DNA of 64,000 bases from contig NZ_JABJXT010000002.1 of the NCBI RefSeq assembly GCF_013155295.1, forward strand, positions 241,434 through 305,433. The letters are read 5' to 3'. A model generated the notes under the pieces. That model made no database searches. It was not told the origin of the DNA and saw only the letters and a program-made list of their open reading frames with translations. Source of the DNA: Pseudogemmobacter hezensis. Lineage in GTDB: Bacteria > Pseudomonadota > Alphaproteobacteria > Rhodobacterales > Rhodobacteraceae. The position numbers were made by a program, and so were the translations under genes. Position 1 is the stretch's first letter; each line of letters begins with the position of its first letter. This document shows, in pieces, positions 50,313-60,561 of this stretch.

Positions 50313-51272
50313 ATGATCTATCTCGATTTCGAAAAGCCCCTGGCCGAGATCGAAGGCAAAGCTGAGGAATTGCGGGCACTTGCCCGCAAGGATTCCGCTA
50401 TGGATGTCACGCGTGAGGCCGAGGCGCTGGACCGCAAGGCCGAAACCGCGCTGCGCGATCTTTATAAGAATCTGAGTGCCTGGCAGAAATGTCAGGTCGC
50501 GCGCCACCCGGATCGGCCGCATTGCCAGGCTTATATTGACGCGCTTTTTACAGAATATACGCCGCTGGCCGGGGATCGCGCCTTCGCCGACGACCATGCC
50601 GTCATGGGCGGGATCGCCCGCTTCAATGACCGCCCGGTGATGGTGATCGGCCATGAAAAGGGTCACGATACCAAGACCCGGATCGAGCATAACTTCGGCA
50701 TGGCCCGCCCCGAAGGCTATCGCAAAGCGATTCGCCTGATGGATCTGGCAGACCGTTTTGGCCTGCCGGTGATCACCCTGGTCGACACCCCCGGCGCCTA
50801 TCCCGGCAAAGGGGCAGAAGAGCGCGGCCAGTCTGAGGCGATTGCCCGCTCGACCGAGAAATGCCTGTCGCTTGGCGTGCCGCTGATCTCTGTGATCATC
50901 GGCGAGGGTGGCTCGGGCGGGGCGGTGGCATTTGCAACCGCCAACCGCGTCGCCATGCTGGAGCATTCGGTCTATTCGGTGATCTCGCCCGAAGGCTGCG
51001 CCTCGATCCTGTGGAAAGACGCCGAGAAAATGCGTGAGGCCGCCGAGGCGCTGCGCCTGACGGCACAGGACCTGCAAAAGCTGGGCATTGCTGATCGCAT
51101 CATCAAAGAGCCGGTCGGCGGGGCGCAACGCGCCCCCTCGGAGGCGATTGATGCTGTGGGTAAAGCCATTGAGGCGATGCTGGCCGAGATCGGCGATAAA
51201 AAGCCCGCGGCGCTGCGCAAAGATCGCCGGCAGAAGTTTCTTGATATGGGAACGAAAGGCCTGGCTGCCTGA
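50313..51272 (+). CDS. accA: Acetyl-CoA carboxylase carboxyltransferase subunit alpha
   Basis: '[16 protein letters not shown]...', '[13 protein letters not shown]' and 'GEGGSGGA' motifs. Confidence 0.9.
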   Translation: MIYLDFEKPLAEIEGKAEELRALARKDSAMDVTREAEALDRKAETALRDLYKNLSAWQKCQVARHPDRPHCQAYIDALFTEYTPLAGDRAFADDHAVMGGIARFNDRPVMVIGHEKGHDTKTRIEHNFGMARPEGYRKAIRLMDLADRFGLPVITLVDTPGAYPGKGAEERGQSEAIARSTEKCLSLGVPLISVIIGEGGSGGAVAFATANRVAMLEHSVYSVISPEGCASILWKDAEKMREAAEALRLTAQDLQKLGIADRIIKEPVGGAQRAPSEAIDAVGKAIEAMLAEIGDKKPAALRKDRRQKFLDMGTKGLAA

Positions 51273-51454
51273 TACCGCAGTCTGCGGCTGACAGCCCGGT
51301 TCTTAAAATTACCCGTTTTTAGCGGCAATATTGCCTCAGGCTGCTATTTAGCATGCCCGATTTTTTGCCCGCCCTCTGGATTTTGCCATAAATAGCGCAA
51401 AGAAAACGCGCAGTCGGTGGGTATTAGGGGCCCACTGATTGTAAGGATTGTATC

Positions 51455-52480
51455 ATGGCCATTACCAATCTCATCGTGAATGGTGACTTCAACCTCGGCA
51501 GCTCCGGCTGGTCCGGGGTCGATATGGAAACCGCCTATACCGAGAATTCATATCTGGGGAACGGGTCGTCCAATCGCGTCGCTGAGATGGATGGCGGATC
51601 AGGCCAGATCACCGTGATGTACCAGGTGGTTCAGATCACCGCTCCTGGTACCTACCCGCTGGAATTCCGCACCGCGCTGCGCAATGGACAGCCGCTTTCA
51701 AATGGCGAAGGCTTTCGCATCGACATCTATGATGAGACAATCGGTCTTCCGATTTTCTCGCAGCATATCTATCCGCAGGATCAGTCCTGGGCGTCCTTCC
51801 GGATACCGATCACCTTTGAAACTGCCGGGCCCTATAAGGTCAGCTTTACCGAGCTGGGGGTGAACAACAGCTATGGCGCTATCATTGATGATATTGCGCT
51901 GCTGGTCTGCTTCACCGCCGGAACGCTGATTGCGACCCCCGAGGGTGAGCGTCCGGTCGAACAGCTGCAGGCAGGCGACCTGGTTCTGACCAGTGATGGA
52001 CGCGCATTGCCGCTGAAGTGGATTGGCGCCCGCACCATCACGGCTGCGCAGCAGCTGCATGACGGCAGCCTCTGCCCGGTGGTTTTTGAGCCCGGTTCGC
52101 TGGGCGATGGCATGCCAAAGCGCCGCCTTGCGGTCTCGCCGCAGCACCGCATGCTGGTCTCGGGCTGGAAGGCCGAGCTGTGGTTCGGCGAATCCGAGAT
52201 TCTGGTTCCGGCGATCTCGCTGGTGAACAATGGCTCGATCCGCCAGGCAAGCGCCGCCGAGGATGTGACCTATGTGCATTTCCTGCTGGAAGAGCACGAG
52301 ATCGTGCTGGCCGAAGGCGCTCCGAGTGAAAGCTTTCACCCCGGCGACCACTCTTTGCAGGGGCTGGAAAGCGACGCCCGCAATGAGGTTCTGCGCCTCT
52401 TCCCGCAATTGCATGACGCGCCGCCGATGGCTGCACGCCCGGTGGTGCGGCGCAAACTGGCATCGCTGCTGGCCGACTGA
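51455..52480 (+). CDS. Hint (Hedgehog/intein)-domain protein with an N-terminal variable beta-rich region
   Basis: 'CFTAGTLIATPEGERPVEQLQAGDLVLTSDG' opens a Hint domain; '...EHEIVLAEG' closes it. Confidence 0.8.
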   Translation: MAITNLIVNGDFNLGSSGWSGVDMETAYTENSYLGNGSSNRVAEMDGGSGQITVMYQVVQITAPGTYPLEFRTALRNGQPLSNGEGFRIDIYDETIGLPIFSQHIYPQDQSWASFRIPITFETAGPYKVSFTELGVNNSYGAIIDDIALLVCFTAGTLIATPEGERPVEQLQAGDLVLTSDGRALPLKWIGARTITAAQQLHDGSLCPVVFEPGSLGDGMPKRRLAVSPQHRMLVSGWKAELWFGESEILVPAISLVNNGSIRQASAAEDVTYVHFLLEEHEIVLAEGAPSESFHPGDHSLQGLESDARNEVLRLFPQLHDAPPMAARPVVRRKLASLLAD

Positions 52481-52541
52481 CAGGCTTACGGGCTGGCTTA
52501 CGGTTCTGGCTTACTGGGCTGGGGTTTCAGCCTGACCTGAC

Positions 52542-52583
52542 AAAAAGCAACGCCGCGGGGATCTTCCTGCGGCGTTAGTCTTT
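52542..52583. terminator. Hairpin between the Hint gene and plsC, preceded by three 12-13-bp 'CTGGCTTACGG' direct repeats at 52483-52522
   Basis: AAAAAGC-AACGCCGC-ggggatcttcct-GCGGCGTT-agtcTTT. Confidence 0.4.
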
Positions 52584-52593
52584 GATCGGCCTG

Positions 52594-53337
52594 CTATGCA
52601 CTTTCGTCCCGGCTGCCCGAAAATCCGGCCTCAACCATCAGCCTGTCGGACGCAGTCTCGACCTCGGCCTCAAGCTTTTTCATAAACGCTGACAAAGACA
52701 GACCGGGGGCTATCGTGGGCAAAAACTCGACCACAGCGACACCCGGCCTGCGCAGGATACCGCGCTTTGGCCAGAACAGGCCGATATTGGTTGCGGTGGG
52801 CACGCAGGGCTGACCCAGCTGCTGATAAAGCAGGCCTGTCCCAACCTTATAGGGCATCGAAACCCCTGGCGCGACGCGGGTGCCCTGCGGGTAGATCACC
52901 AGCTGCCCCGGCTCGGCGCGGCCCTTTTCGACATCGGCCTTCATTTTGGCCAGTGCGGCGCCCCGCTTGCCCCGATCCACAGGAATGCAGCCGATCCGCA
53001 GCGCATACTGGCCCAGAAACGGGGTCCAGATCAGCTCGCGTTTCATGACGAACCTGGGGCGCGGGACAGAAGCGAAGATGACCAGAATATCAAAGAAACT
53101 CTGATGCTTGGCGGCGATGATCACTTCACCCACCGGGGCTGTGCCGCGAACCTCTGTGCGAATACCGCACAAAATCCGGGCCGTAAGGATCACCCATCTT
53201 GCGTAGAGGTGGCAGACCCAAAGCGCCGCCCGCCGTGACGCCATTGCAAAGGGAAAAAACAGCACCGCAAACACCGCCATCACCACATACATCTGGATGA
53301 TGAAGATCAGCGACAGCACCCAGCGAATGGCGATCAT
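52594..53337 (-). CDS. 1-acyl-sn-glycerol-3-phosphate acyltransferase family (lysophospholipid acyltransferase)
   Basis: HX4D motif (KHQSFFD) and PQGTR motif, with an N-terminal TM helix. Confidence 0.8.
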   Translation of the reverse strand: MIAIRWVLSLIFIIQMYVVMAVFAVLFFPFAMASRRAALWVCHLYARWVILTARILCGIRTEVRGTAPVGEVIIAAKHQSFFDILVIFASVPRPRFVMKRELIWTPFLGQYALRIGCIPVDRGKRGAALAKMKADVEKGRAEPGQLVIYPQGTRVAPGVSMPYKVGTGLLYQQLGQPCVPTATNIGLFWPKRGILRRPGVAVVEFLPTIAPGLSLSAFMKKLEAEVETASDRLMVEAGFSGSRDESA

Positions 53338-54245
53338 CGGAACTCTCTCAGTTTGCGAAGGGCGGCGTAGCGGGTCGAGAAGAAGGCAACCAGCCCCACC
53401 AGCGGCGGCAGCACGAAGGGCAAAAGCCAGCCCCAGCCGGTAAAACCAAGCCCGGTCAGGAAGGCCCCGGCCGCATCGGCACGCGGCAGGATCAAAACGC
53501 CGATCAACCCGAAAACCGCACCAATACAGGCCCCGGAAAACGCCCGCAGCGTAAAGCGGCGCACGAAAGCGCGGGCGATATACTGATCACGCGCCCCCAC
53601 CAGCCGCAGCACCCGCACCACCTGGGCATTGGCCTCCAGCGAGGCGCTGGCCGCCAGCGTCACCATCGCCGCCATCGCCGTTCCGATCAGGATGATCGAC
53701 AACAGGCCCAGCATCCGCAGCTTGCTGGCAGCCTCGGCCAGCGGGCGCCGCCAGCGGGCATGATCATCCAGCACCGCGCCCGGCGCCTCGGCCCGCAGGC
53801 GCTGACGCAGCCCATCGGTGTCATAGCCCGGATCCGCCTCTGTCACCTCGATCAGGCCGGGCAGGGGCAGCTCTTCCACGGGAAGCTCAGGGCCGAACCA
53901 GGGCTCCAGCAAAGCGCGGTTTTCGGCATCCGTCAGGGCGCGGGCCGATTCGACGCCCGGCGTCGCCGCCAGCAGGGCCAGAATCGCGGCGGTCTGCGCC
54001 TCCATCTGGCCGGGCGGCGCGGAAAGGCGGATGGTCGAGGTCCGCGCCAGCGCATCCGACCAGCGGGTCGCCAGCCGCCCCGAGGCCAGCGACAGCGCCA
54101 TGGCAAAGACGCAAAGAAAGGTCATCGCGGCGGCGGTGAAAGTGGTCAGCCATGCGGTATGCCCCGAGGGCGGCACCACCCGGTCAGAGCGCGAATCGGG
54201 CGACATCAGCGCAAGGGCGCGGGTGATCGGTTTTGGCAGCCTCAC
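53334..54245 (-). CDS. ftsX: Cell-division ABC transporter permease FtsX
   Basis: Four TM helices with a large periplasmic loop. Overlaps ftsE by 4 nt. Confidence 0.9.
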   Translation of the reverse strand: MRLPKPITRALALMSPDSRSDRVVPPSGHTAWLTTFTAAAMTFLCVFAMALSLASGRLATRWSDALARTSTIRLSAPPGQMEAQTAAILALLAATPGVESARALTDAENRALLEPWFGPELPVEELPLPGLIEVTEADPGYDTDGLRQRLRAEAPGAVLDDHARWRRPLAEAASKLRMLGLLSIILIGTAMAAMVTLAASASLEANAQVVRVLRLVGARDQYIARAFVRRFTLRAFSGACIGAVFGLIGVLILPRADAAGAFLTGLGFTGWGWLLPFVLPPLVGLVAFFSTRYAALRKLREFR

Positions 54246-54913
54246 AGGTCGGCCCCCGCCAGCTGGATCCGCCGTTTCGAGATGCGCAGCACCCGGGTCG
54301 GGATCTGGTTTTTGGCCTGGCGAATCAGGTTCAGGTCATGGGTGGCGATCAGAATCGTTTTGCCCATCCGGTTCAGCTCGACCAGCAGCGTCAGCAGCCT
54401 CAGCGACATCTCCCAGTCGACATTGCCGGTGGGCTCATCGGCGATAATCACATCGGGCCCCATGATGATCGCCCGCGCCAGCGCGGCCCGCTGCCTTTCC
54501 CCGCCCGAAAGGGACGGTGGCAAAGCATCGGCCAGATGCGACAGGCCCACCCATTTCAGCAGCTCATTCAGGTCATCCGCCGAGGTTTTCTTGCCCGAAA
54601 CGATCAGCGGCAGCTGCATATTGGTCGCCAGCGGCAGGTGATCAAGGAATTGCACATCCTGATGCACCACGCCGATCCGACGCCGGACCGCCGCCACATC
54701 ATCGCGGCCCAGGGTTTTCACCTCACGGTCAAAGATCGTCACATGGCCGGCGGTGGGCAAAAGCTCTGCATAGGCCATTTTCAGGAATGTCGTCTTGCCC
54801 GAGCCCGAAGGCCCGGTCAGGAAATGGAACGAGCCCGGTGCCAGCCGCAGCGTCACATCTGACAAGAGCTCTCCGCCGCCATAATTATAGGCTGCACTTT
54901 CGAAGGCAATCAC
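54242..54913 (-). CDS. ftsE: Cell-division ATP-binding protein FtsE
   Basis: Walker A (GPSGSGKTT), ABC signature (LSGGERQR) and Walker B (IIADEPTG). Probable GTG start at 54913 (VIAFESAAYNYGG). Confidence 0.9.
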   Translation of the reverse strand: MIAFESAAYNYGGGELLSDVTLRLAPGSFHFLTGPSGSGKTTFLKMAYAELLPTAGHVTIFDREVKTLGRDDVAAVRRRIGVVHQDVQFLDHLPLATNMQLPLIVSGKKTSADDLNELLKWVGLSHLADALPPSLSGGERQRAALARAIIMGPDVIIADEPTGNVDWEMSLRLLTLLVELNRMGKTILIATHDLNLIRQAKNQIPTRVLRISKRRIQLAGADL

Positions 54914-55102
54914 CGCCCGATCCCCCTGCACCCAGAACCCTGCGCCGAAGCCCCTGGCCCAACTCTTGCCCGTATTTATATACAAACCATGACCTGATTC
55001 GCACAGGTCGCGGTGATTGCACAAGACCAGGCGACATAGTCTTGGACGAATGCCGGATTATTGCTAGAAGAGAAAAGGACTTAGCTTCGGGCGGGGATTT
55101 TC

Positions 55103-56233
55103 ATGTTACTGGCCTGTCCAAATTGTGACGCCAGATACGATGTACCGGACAACGCGATTCCTGAAAACGGACGCGATGTTCAGTGCTCGAACTGTGGTCA
55201 TGCCTGGTTCCAGCTGCCCTTTGATGCAGCCCAGTCGGAGGAGGATCTGCAGCCGACCGCCCCCGACCAGGAGGCCCCGGCTGCAGCCTGGACCACGCCG
55301 GATTCTGCCCCGGAACCTGCTGATTTTGACGAAAACGAGGTTGCAGCGGCGGATCAGGCCGCACCGCCGCCAGGCGAAGCAGCTGCCTTGCCCCCCTCTG
55401 ACGACGTTGAGGCAGCCGTTGAGATCGCAGAGGCTGCCGTCGTGCTGCCGCCCGTTTCACCGCCGCCCGAGACAGCACAAGACGCCCCTGGGCCCGCCCC
55501 GGAAGCCAGCGTGATCGGGCTGGTGCCACAGCCACCTTCGCGCGCAGACAGTGTCGAATCGCCCCCGCTTACCGGGGCCAGCGCCCTGAAGGCCGCGCTG
55601 AGTGCTGGCCGCAAAGAGGCCGATCCGGCCCCGATCGCAGCGCCGCCGCCGCAACCCGTCCGCCGTGAGCTGGACGACGAGGTTCTCGCAATTTTGCGCG
55701 ATGAGGCCGAGCGCGAGGCCGAGGCCCGTCGCAGCGAGGCCCAACGCAATACGAATCGCCGGGCCGAGGCGGAAACCGGGTTGCAATCCCAGCCCGAGCT
55801 GTCGGTGCCCGCGCCCACCCCGGAGATGACCGCGCAGCAAAAGCGGCTGGCGATGCTGCGCGGCGAGGATCTCGATGATGATGATCCGCCGCCCGAGCAG
55901 GGGCGCCCCATGGCGCGGCGCGACCTTTTGCCCGATGTCGAGGAAATCAACTCGACCCTGCAGCCCGACGAGGCCCGTTTCGACCCTGATGCAGAAGTCG
56001 AATCGCTGCCCGATCTGACCAGGGGCAGCTTCAGAACCGGATTCTGTCTTTCTGTCCTGGCGCTTATTCTTGCGGCGCTGGCCTATGTGTTTTCGACCGA
56101 GATCACAGCCTGGTTCCCGGCGCTGGAAAGCACGCTGCAGAAATATGTCCTGTTCGTCGACAATCTGCGCAACTGGCTGAATTCCCTGATGGACAGCGCC
56201 ACCCACGCCCTGAGTGACAGCGGCCAGCAGTGA
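55103..56233 (+). CDS. MJ0042-type zinc-ribbon domain protein with a long Pro/Ala/Glu-rich linker and a C-terminal TM helix
   Basis: 'MLLACPNCDARYDVPDNAIPENGRDVQCSNCGHAWFQ' is a CxxC...CxxC zinc ribbon. A disordered P/A/E-rich region follows, then the TM helix 'FCLSVLALILAALAYVF'. Confidence 0.7.
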   Translation: MLLACPNCDARYDVPDNAIPENGRDVQCSNCGHAWFQLPFDAAQSEEDLQPTAPDQEAPAAAWTTPDSAPEPADFDENEVAAADQAAPPPGEAAALPPSDDVEAAVEIAEAAVVLPPVSPPPETAQDAPGPAPEASVIGLVPQPPSRADSVESPPLTGASALKAALSAGRKEADPAPIAAPPPQPVRRELDDEVLAILRDEAEREAEARRSEAQRNTNRRAEAETGLQSQPELSVPAPTPEMTAQQKRLAMLRGEDLDDDDPPPEQGRPMARRDLLPDVEEINSTLQPDEARFDPDAEVESLPDLTRGSFRTGFCLSVLALILAALAYVFSTEITAWFPALESTLQKYVLFVDNLRNWLNSLMDSATHALSDSGQQ

Positions 56234-56289
56234 TCTGAGCCCGTCGTGGGCTCTGCCCGGGGCATCGTGGTTTAAGGCATCAGGATTTC

Positions 56290-56326
56290 AAAAGGGGCGC
56301 ATCCGGCATCGGATGCGCCCCTTTTA
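56290..56326. terminator. Bidirectional intrinsic terminator
   Basis: AAAA-GGGGCGCATCCG-gcat-CGGATGCGCCCC-TTTTATATT. Confidence 0.6.
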
Positions 56327-56365
56327 TATTGTCTTTCAGCGCGGCGCCGGCGGCCGTCTGATCGC

Positions 56366-58924
56366 TCAGAACAGCTCGAGCAGGCGCCGCAGATAATCCA
56401 GTTCCGCATCAGGGCGCGCCGCCTCGCCCGAGCGGCGGCGGATTTCATCCAGCAGCTCCTGGGCGCGCTGATCCGGCGTGTTTTGCACCATATTGCGGTC
56501 AGAGCCGATACGGGCCGAAGATCCAGGCTCGCGCCCCAGCGGATCGACGGCATTCGGGTCTACGCGGCGGGCCTCACGCGGGTCCTGGTTGCCGCCCTCG
56601 GCGCCGGGTTCGCGCTCGATATCGGCAAGCGCCTCGCCCAGATCGCGCATGCCCTGGCGCATCCGCTCCATCGCTTCGGCCTGCTTGTCCAGCGCCCCGG
56701 CCAGATCACCCTGACGCAGCGCCTCCTCGGCCTCGCGCATGGCCTGCTCGGCCTCGCCCAGCCGCTCGCGGCCCTCTTCGCCCTTCTCTGAACCGTCACC
56801 CGGCATTTTGCCGTTCTGCATCTCGTTCAGACGGTCGCGCAATTCGCGCTGGCGGTCGGCCAGCTCACCCGGATCGGTGCCCCCGCCCTGACCATTTCGC
56901 CCACGCTGCATGTCACGATAGGCGTCGTCGGAAAGGCCCTGCTGATCCTTCAGCGTCTCGCCCAGATCACGCATGGTGCCCTGGCCCTGCCCCTGGCCTT
57001 CGCCCTGACCACCAGGACCATTCTGGACCTCAAGGTTCTCCATCAGCTGGCGCAACTCTTCCATCAGCTGCATGGCTTCGGCAGTTTTGCCTTCTTTCAT
57101 CAGCCGCTCGATCTCATCAAGCAGCTTTTGCAGCTGGTCATCGGTGATGGTGCGGCCACCACCCTGGCCCCCCTGCCCGTCCTGGCCATCCTTGCCGTCC
57201 TGATTGCCGTTGGCCTGATCCTGGGCCCGCAGCTCTTTGAGATACTCGCGCATCGCCTGCTGCATCTCTTTCATCAGATCGTTGATTTCCTCGGGCGAGG
57301 CCCCGTTGCGCATCGCCTCTTCCAGGCGATCCTGCGCCCGCTGCAGCCGTTCAAAGGCGTTGTTCAGATCGCCCTCTTCAAACATGAAGGCGATTTCCCA
57401 CAGCTCTTTGGCCACCTCATCGCGCTGCGTATCGGTCAGAGGCTGTGCCATCGCATCGGCACCGCGCACCAGAACCCGCAGCCGCTTGGCCGCGTTTTGC
57501 GAGCGGGCCAGCTCTTCAGGGCGATTGCCGATTGCCTTCAGCAGTTGCAGCACACGCGGCAGGTTTTCGCGGTTCCACAGAATGTCGCGCCGCATCTCAA
57601 CCACGGCATTGGCCATCGGATCGAAGAACCGCTTGCCCGGCAGCGTGACCTGCAGCGGCTGGGCCTGACCCTCATTCCCGGCCGCATCGCTGACCGAGAA
57701 CACCATGCTGACCGGCATATTCGAGAAAAGATGCTCTGACAGATCATCAACCAGCGTCTGCGTGACCTCACGCCGATCCCCTTTCACGGGCATCGGCAGA
57801 TCCAGCGTCACCGGATCCGACGTCTCGGGCGCGATTTCCAACCCATAGCGGCGGATCACCTTATCCGCATCAAGGCTGATCGTAACCCGCCCTGCCGTGA
57901 CACCGTAATCATCGCTGGCTTTGAACTTTTGCCTGAAGCGGCCATCGGCTTCGCGGCCCATCTCGCCTGTCAGCTCGACCGAGGGGGCATTGTCGGGGGT
58001 GGCGATGACCTGCCACTCACGCCCGGTGCCGCCTGTACCCCCGATCGACAGGCGGCCAGACTGGCTGACCACCAGCTCTGTCAGACCGCGCAGCCCCTCT
58101 GGCACCGCCGCCGTCACCTCGCCTGCGGGCGCGGGGGGGGCAACCTGGGCGATGGTCTGTTCAATCGCAGGGCCATCCTGATCGCCATAGACGCGGATCT
58201 GGATCCTGGATCCGACCGGCACCTCAAATTCAGGGGCGGTGATATCGTTCAGATAAAGCACCGGCTTTCCGGTATAGGCAGGCGGGCGGGCCCAGCCTTC
58301 CCAGGTGGGGCCAGAGGGGATCGCCTGGGCCGGGCCGGGGCCGATGGCCACAACCTCTGCCGCGCGCCAGAACGATCCGAACAGCGCCGCCATCACCGCA
58401 GCCGTCAGCGCCACATAACGCAGCGACAGCCGATCCCGCGAGGCCAGTTGCAAATCAGGAGGAACCGCGCGGGCCGCACGGGCCTTTTCGGCCATCCGCG
58501 CCAGGTGCACGCGCCAGACCGCGACCGATTGCGCATCATCGGCCCCAATCGCCTGGGCATCGCGCAGCGTTGCAATCGGGCGGCCGGGCAGCGAGGCATC
58601 CAGCCGGATCAGCGCCTCGTCCGAGGTGGGCCGGCGAAATTTCCGCCAGCCCCAGACCAAAGCGATCAGCGCCGCCAGTGCCACCAGACCAAGCCCGATC
58701 TGCAGTTGCAGCAGCGATCCGAAATCATGCAGGCCAAAGGCCACCGCCGAGAAAGCCAGCAACAGGATCGACCACAGCGGCCAGAAGGCGCGGGCAAGCC
58801 GCTCGGCCCAAAGCCCGATCAGCGTCAAACGGCGCGGCCATTCGATGGATTTCAGCGCCTCTGCGCTGGTTTGATCGGACCCGCCCTGCCCTTTGGCAGA
58901 TCTGTCAGCGCCTGGCGCAGCCAT
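56366..58924 (-). CDS. Large membrane-anchored coiled-coil protein (DUF4175 / TIGR02302-like)
   Basis: 852 aa. N-terminal TM helices, then a long region rich in charged coiled-coil sequence (E/R/Q/L) and low-complexity GQGGQGG tracts. Family name from memory. Confidence 0.65.
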   Translation of the reverse strand: MAAPGADRSAKGQGGSDQTSAEALKSIEWPRRLTLIGLWAERLARAFWPLWSILLLAFSAVAFGLHDFGSLLQLQIGLGLVALAALIALVWGWRKFRRPTSDEALIRLDASLPGRPIATLRDAQAIGADDAQSVAVWRVHLARMAEKARAARAVPPDLQLASRDRLSLRYVALTAAVMAALFGSFWRAAEVVAIGPGPAQAIPSGPTWEGWARPPAYTGKPVLYLNDITAPEFEVPVGSRIQIRVYGDQDGPAIEQTIAQVAPPAPAGEVTAAVPEGLRGLTELVVSQSGRLSIGGTGGTGREWQVIATPDNAPSVELTGEMGREADGRFRQKFKASDDYGVTAGRVTISLDADKVIRRYGLEIAPETSDPVTLDLPMPVKGDRREVTQTLVDDLSEHLFSNMPVSMVFSVSDAAGNEGQAQPLQVTLPGKRFFDPMANAVVEMRRDILWNRENLPRVLQLLKAIGNRPEELARSQNAAKRLRVLVRGADAMAQPLTDTQRDEVAKELWEIAFMFEEGDLNNAFERLQRAQDRLEEAMRNGASPEEINDLMKEMQQAMREYLKELRAQDQANGNQDGKDGQDGQGGQGGGRTITDDQLQKLLDEIERLMKEGKTAEAMQLMEELRQLMENLEVQNGPGGQGEGQGQGQGTMRDLGETLKDQQGLSDDAYRDMQRGRNGQGGGTDPGELADRQRELRDRLNEMQNGKMPGDGSEKGEEGRERLGEAEQAMREAEEALRQGDLAGALDKQAEAMERMRQGMRDLGEALADIEREPGAEGGNQDPREARRVDPNAVDPLGREPGSSARIGSDRNMVQNTPDQRAQELLDEIRRRSGEAARPDAELDYLRRLLELF

Positions 58925-58957
58925 CCACTCTCCCTTCCCCGGCGTGCTTCCGGGGGG

Positions 58958-60232
58958 TTACTGATCCTTCATCCACGCAGGCACCTTATCGCGTGCGAGG
59001 ATTTCGTCAAAGGTAGGGCGTTCCCGAATGACCGAGAATTGATGCTCATGCACCAGCACTTCGGGGATCAGGGGGCGGGTATTGTATTCGCTGGCCATCA
59101 CCGCGCCATAAGCCCCGGCCGAACGGAAGGCGACCAGATCGCCCGCCGCCAGCAGGGGCAGATCGCGGCCCTTGGCAAAGGTGTCCCCGGTCTCACAAAC
59201 CGGGCCAACCACGTCATAGGGCTGGGTCGGGTCGCCAGGGGCGCCTTCGATCACCGGGATGATGTCATGCCAGGCGTCATACATCGAGGGGCGCACAAGG
59301 TCATTCATCGCCGCATCCAGGATCAGGAAATCGCGGCCCTCGCCGTTTTTCACATAGATCACGCCAGAGACCAGAATGCCGGAATTACCGGAAATCAGGC
59401 GACCCGGCTCGATCTCGATCTCGCAGCCCAGATGGCCCAGTTTGCGCTGCACCATCTGGCCGTATTCCACCGGCAAGGGCGGCGCCTCATTCGAGCGCGT
59501 ATAGGGAATGCCAAGCCCACCGCCCAGATCAAGGCGGGTGATCTCATGCCCGTCGGCACGCAGCACCTCGGTCAGCTCGGCCACCTTGTCAAAGGCGGCC
59601 TCAAAGGGGGCAAGCTCGGTCAGCTGACTGCCGATATGCACGTCGATGCCCACGACTTTCAGACCGGGCAGACGGGCGGCCTCGGCATAGACCTCACGCG
59701 CGCGGGCGATGGGGATGCCGAATTTGTTCTCAGATTTCCCGGTGGCGATTTTCGCATGGGTTTTGGCGTCAACATCGGGGTTCACCCGCACGGTGATCGG
59801 GGCAACCTTGCCAAGCGCGGTTGCGACCTCAGAGATCGCCCGCATCTCGGGTTCCGATTCAACGTTGAACTGGCGGATGCCGCCTTCCAGGGCTGTGCGG
59901 ATCTCATCGCGGGTTTTACCGACGCCGGAAAAGACGATCCGCTCGCCCGGGACGCCTGCGGCTTTGGCGCGCAGATACTCGCCAACCGAGACCACATCCA
60001 TCCCCGCGCCCAGGTCGCCCAGCACCTTCAGCACCGCGACATTGGACAGCGATTTGATCGCAAAGCAAACCAGATGCGGCAGGGGCGAAAACGCCTCTGA
60101 GAACAGGCGGAAATGCCGGGTCAGCGTGGCGGTCGAATAGACGTAAAAGGGCGTGCCGACCTGGGCCGCGATCTCGGGGATCGCCACGTCTTCGGCGTGA
60201 AGAATGCCACCTTTGTAAAGGAAATGATCCAT
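58958..60232 (-). CDS. lysA: Diaminopimelate decarboxylase
   Basis: 'YVYSTATLTRHFRLFSEAF...CFAIKSLSNVAVL' PLP-binding region and 'GGGLGIPY' motif. Confidence 0.95.
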   Translation of the reverse strand: MDHFLYKGGILHAEDVAIPEIAAQVGTPFYVYSTATLTRHFRLFSEAFSPLPHLVCFAIKSLSNVAVLKVLGDLGAGMDVVSVGEYLRAKAAGVPGERIVFSGVGKTRDEIRTALEGGIRQFNVESEPEMRAISEVATALGKVAPITVRVNPDVDAKTHAKIATGKSENKFGIPIARAREVYAEAARLPGLKVVGIDVHIGSQLTELAPFEAAFDKVAELTEVLRADGHEITRLDLGGGLGIPYTRSNEAPPLPVEYGQMVQRKLGHLGCEIEIEPGRLISGNSGILVSGVIYVKNGEGRDFLILDAAMNDLVRPSMYDAWHDIIPVIEGAPGDPTQPYDVVGPVCETGDTFAKGRDLPLLAAGDLVAFRSAGAYGAVMASEYNTRPLIPEVLVHEHQFSVIRERPTFDEILARDKVPAWMKDQ

Positions 60233-60315
60233 GGCCCGCGCCCTTTCGCCCCGATTTCACCCCTTGCTATAGCAAAGCTGCGCCCGGCTGCAATTGCGCC
60301 CGGGCGGCAAGGGGA

Positions 60316-60561
60316 TCAGAAGCCGGTGCTAAGACGGATCGGGCCGACCCGCGTGCCCAGAAAACCACCATTGGGCGAGGCCCCAACGGTAACCCCCGCG
60401 ATATTCCCGGCAACCGAAGGCGTGACATGGCCGCCCTTGCTGACATGCAGCCCCAGCGTCGGATCATAAACGACCTGGTTTTGCGGCTGGCGCGGCGCAC
60501 AGGCGGCACAAAGACCGCAGATCAGCATTGTGAAGGTCCAGCGGGCGGGGCGCATCATCAT
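60316..60561 (-). CDS. Small secreted / lipoprotein-like hypothetical protein (81 aa)
   Basis: Signal-like N-terminus with Cys 'MLICGLCAACAP'. Its ATG start overlaps the stop of the upstream tiny lipoprotein ORF (ATGA). Confidence 0.45.
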   Translation of the reverse strand: MMMRPARWTFTMLICGLCAACAPRQPQNQVVYDPTLGLHVSKGGHVTPSVAGNIAGVTVGASPNGGFLGTRVGPIRLSTGF

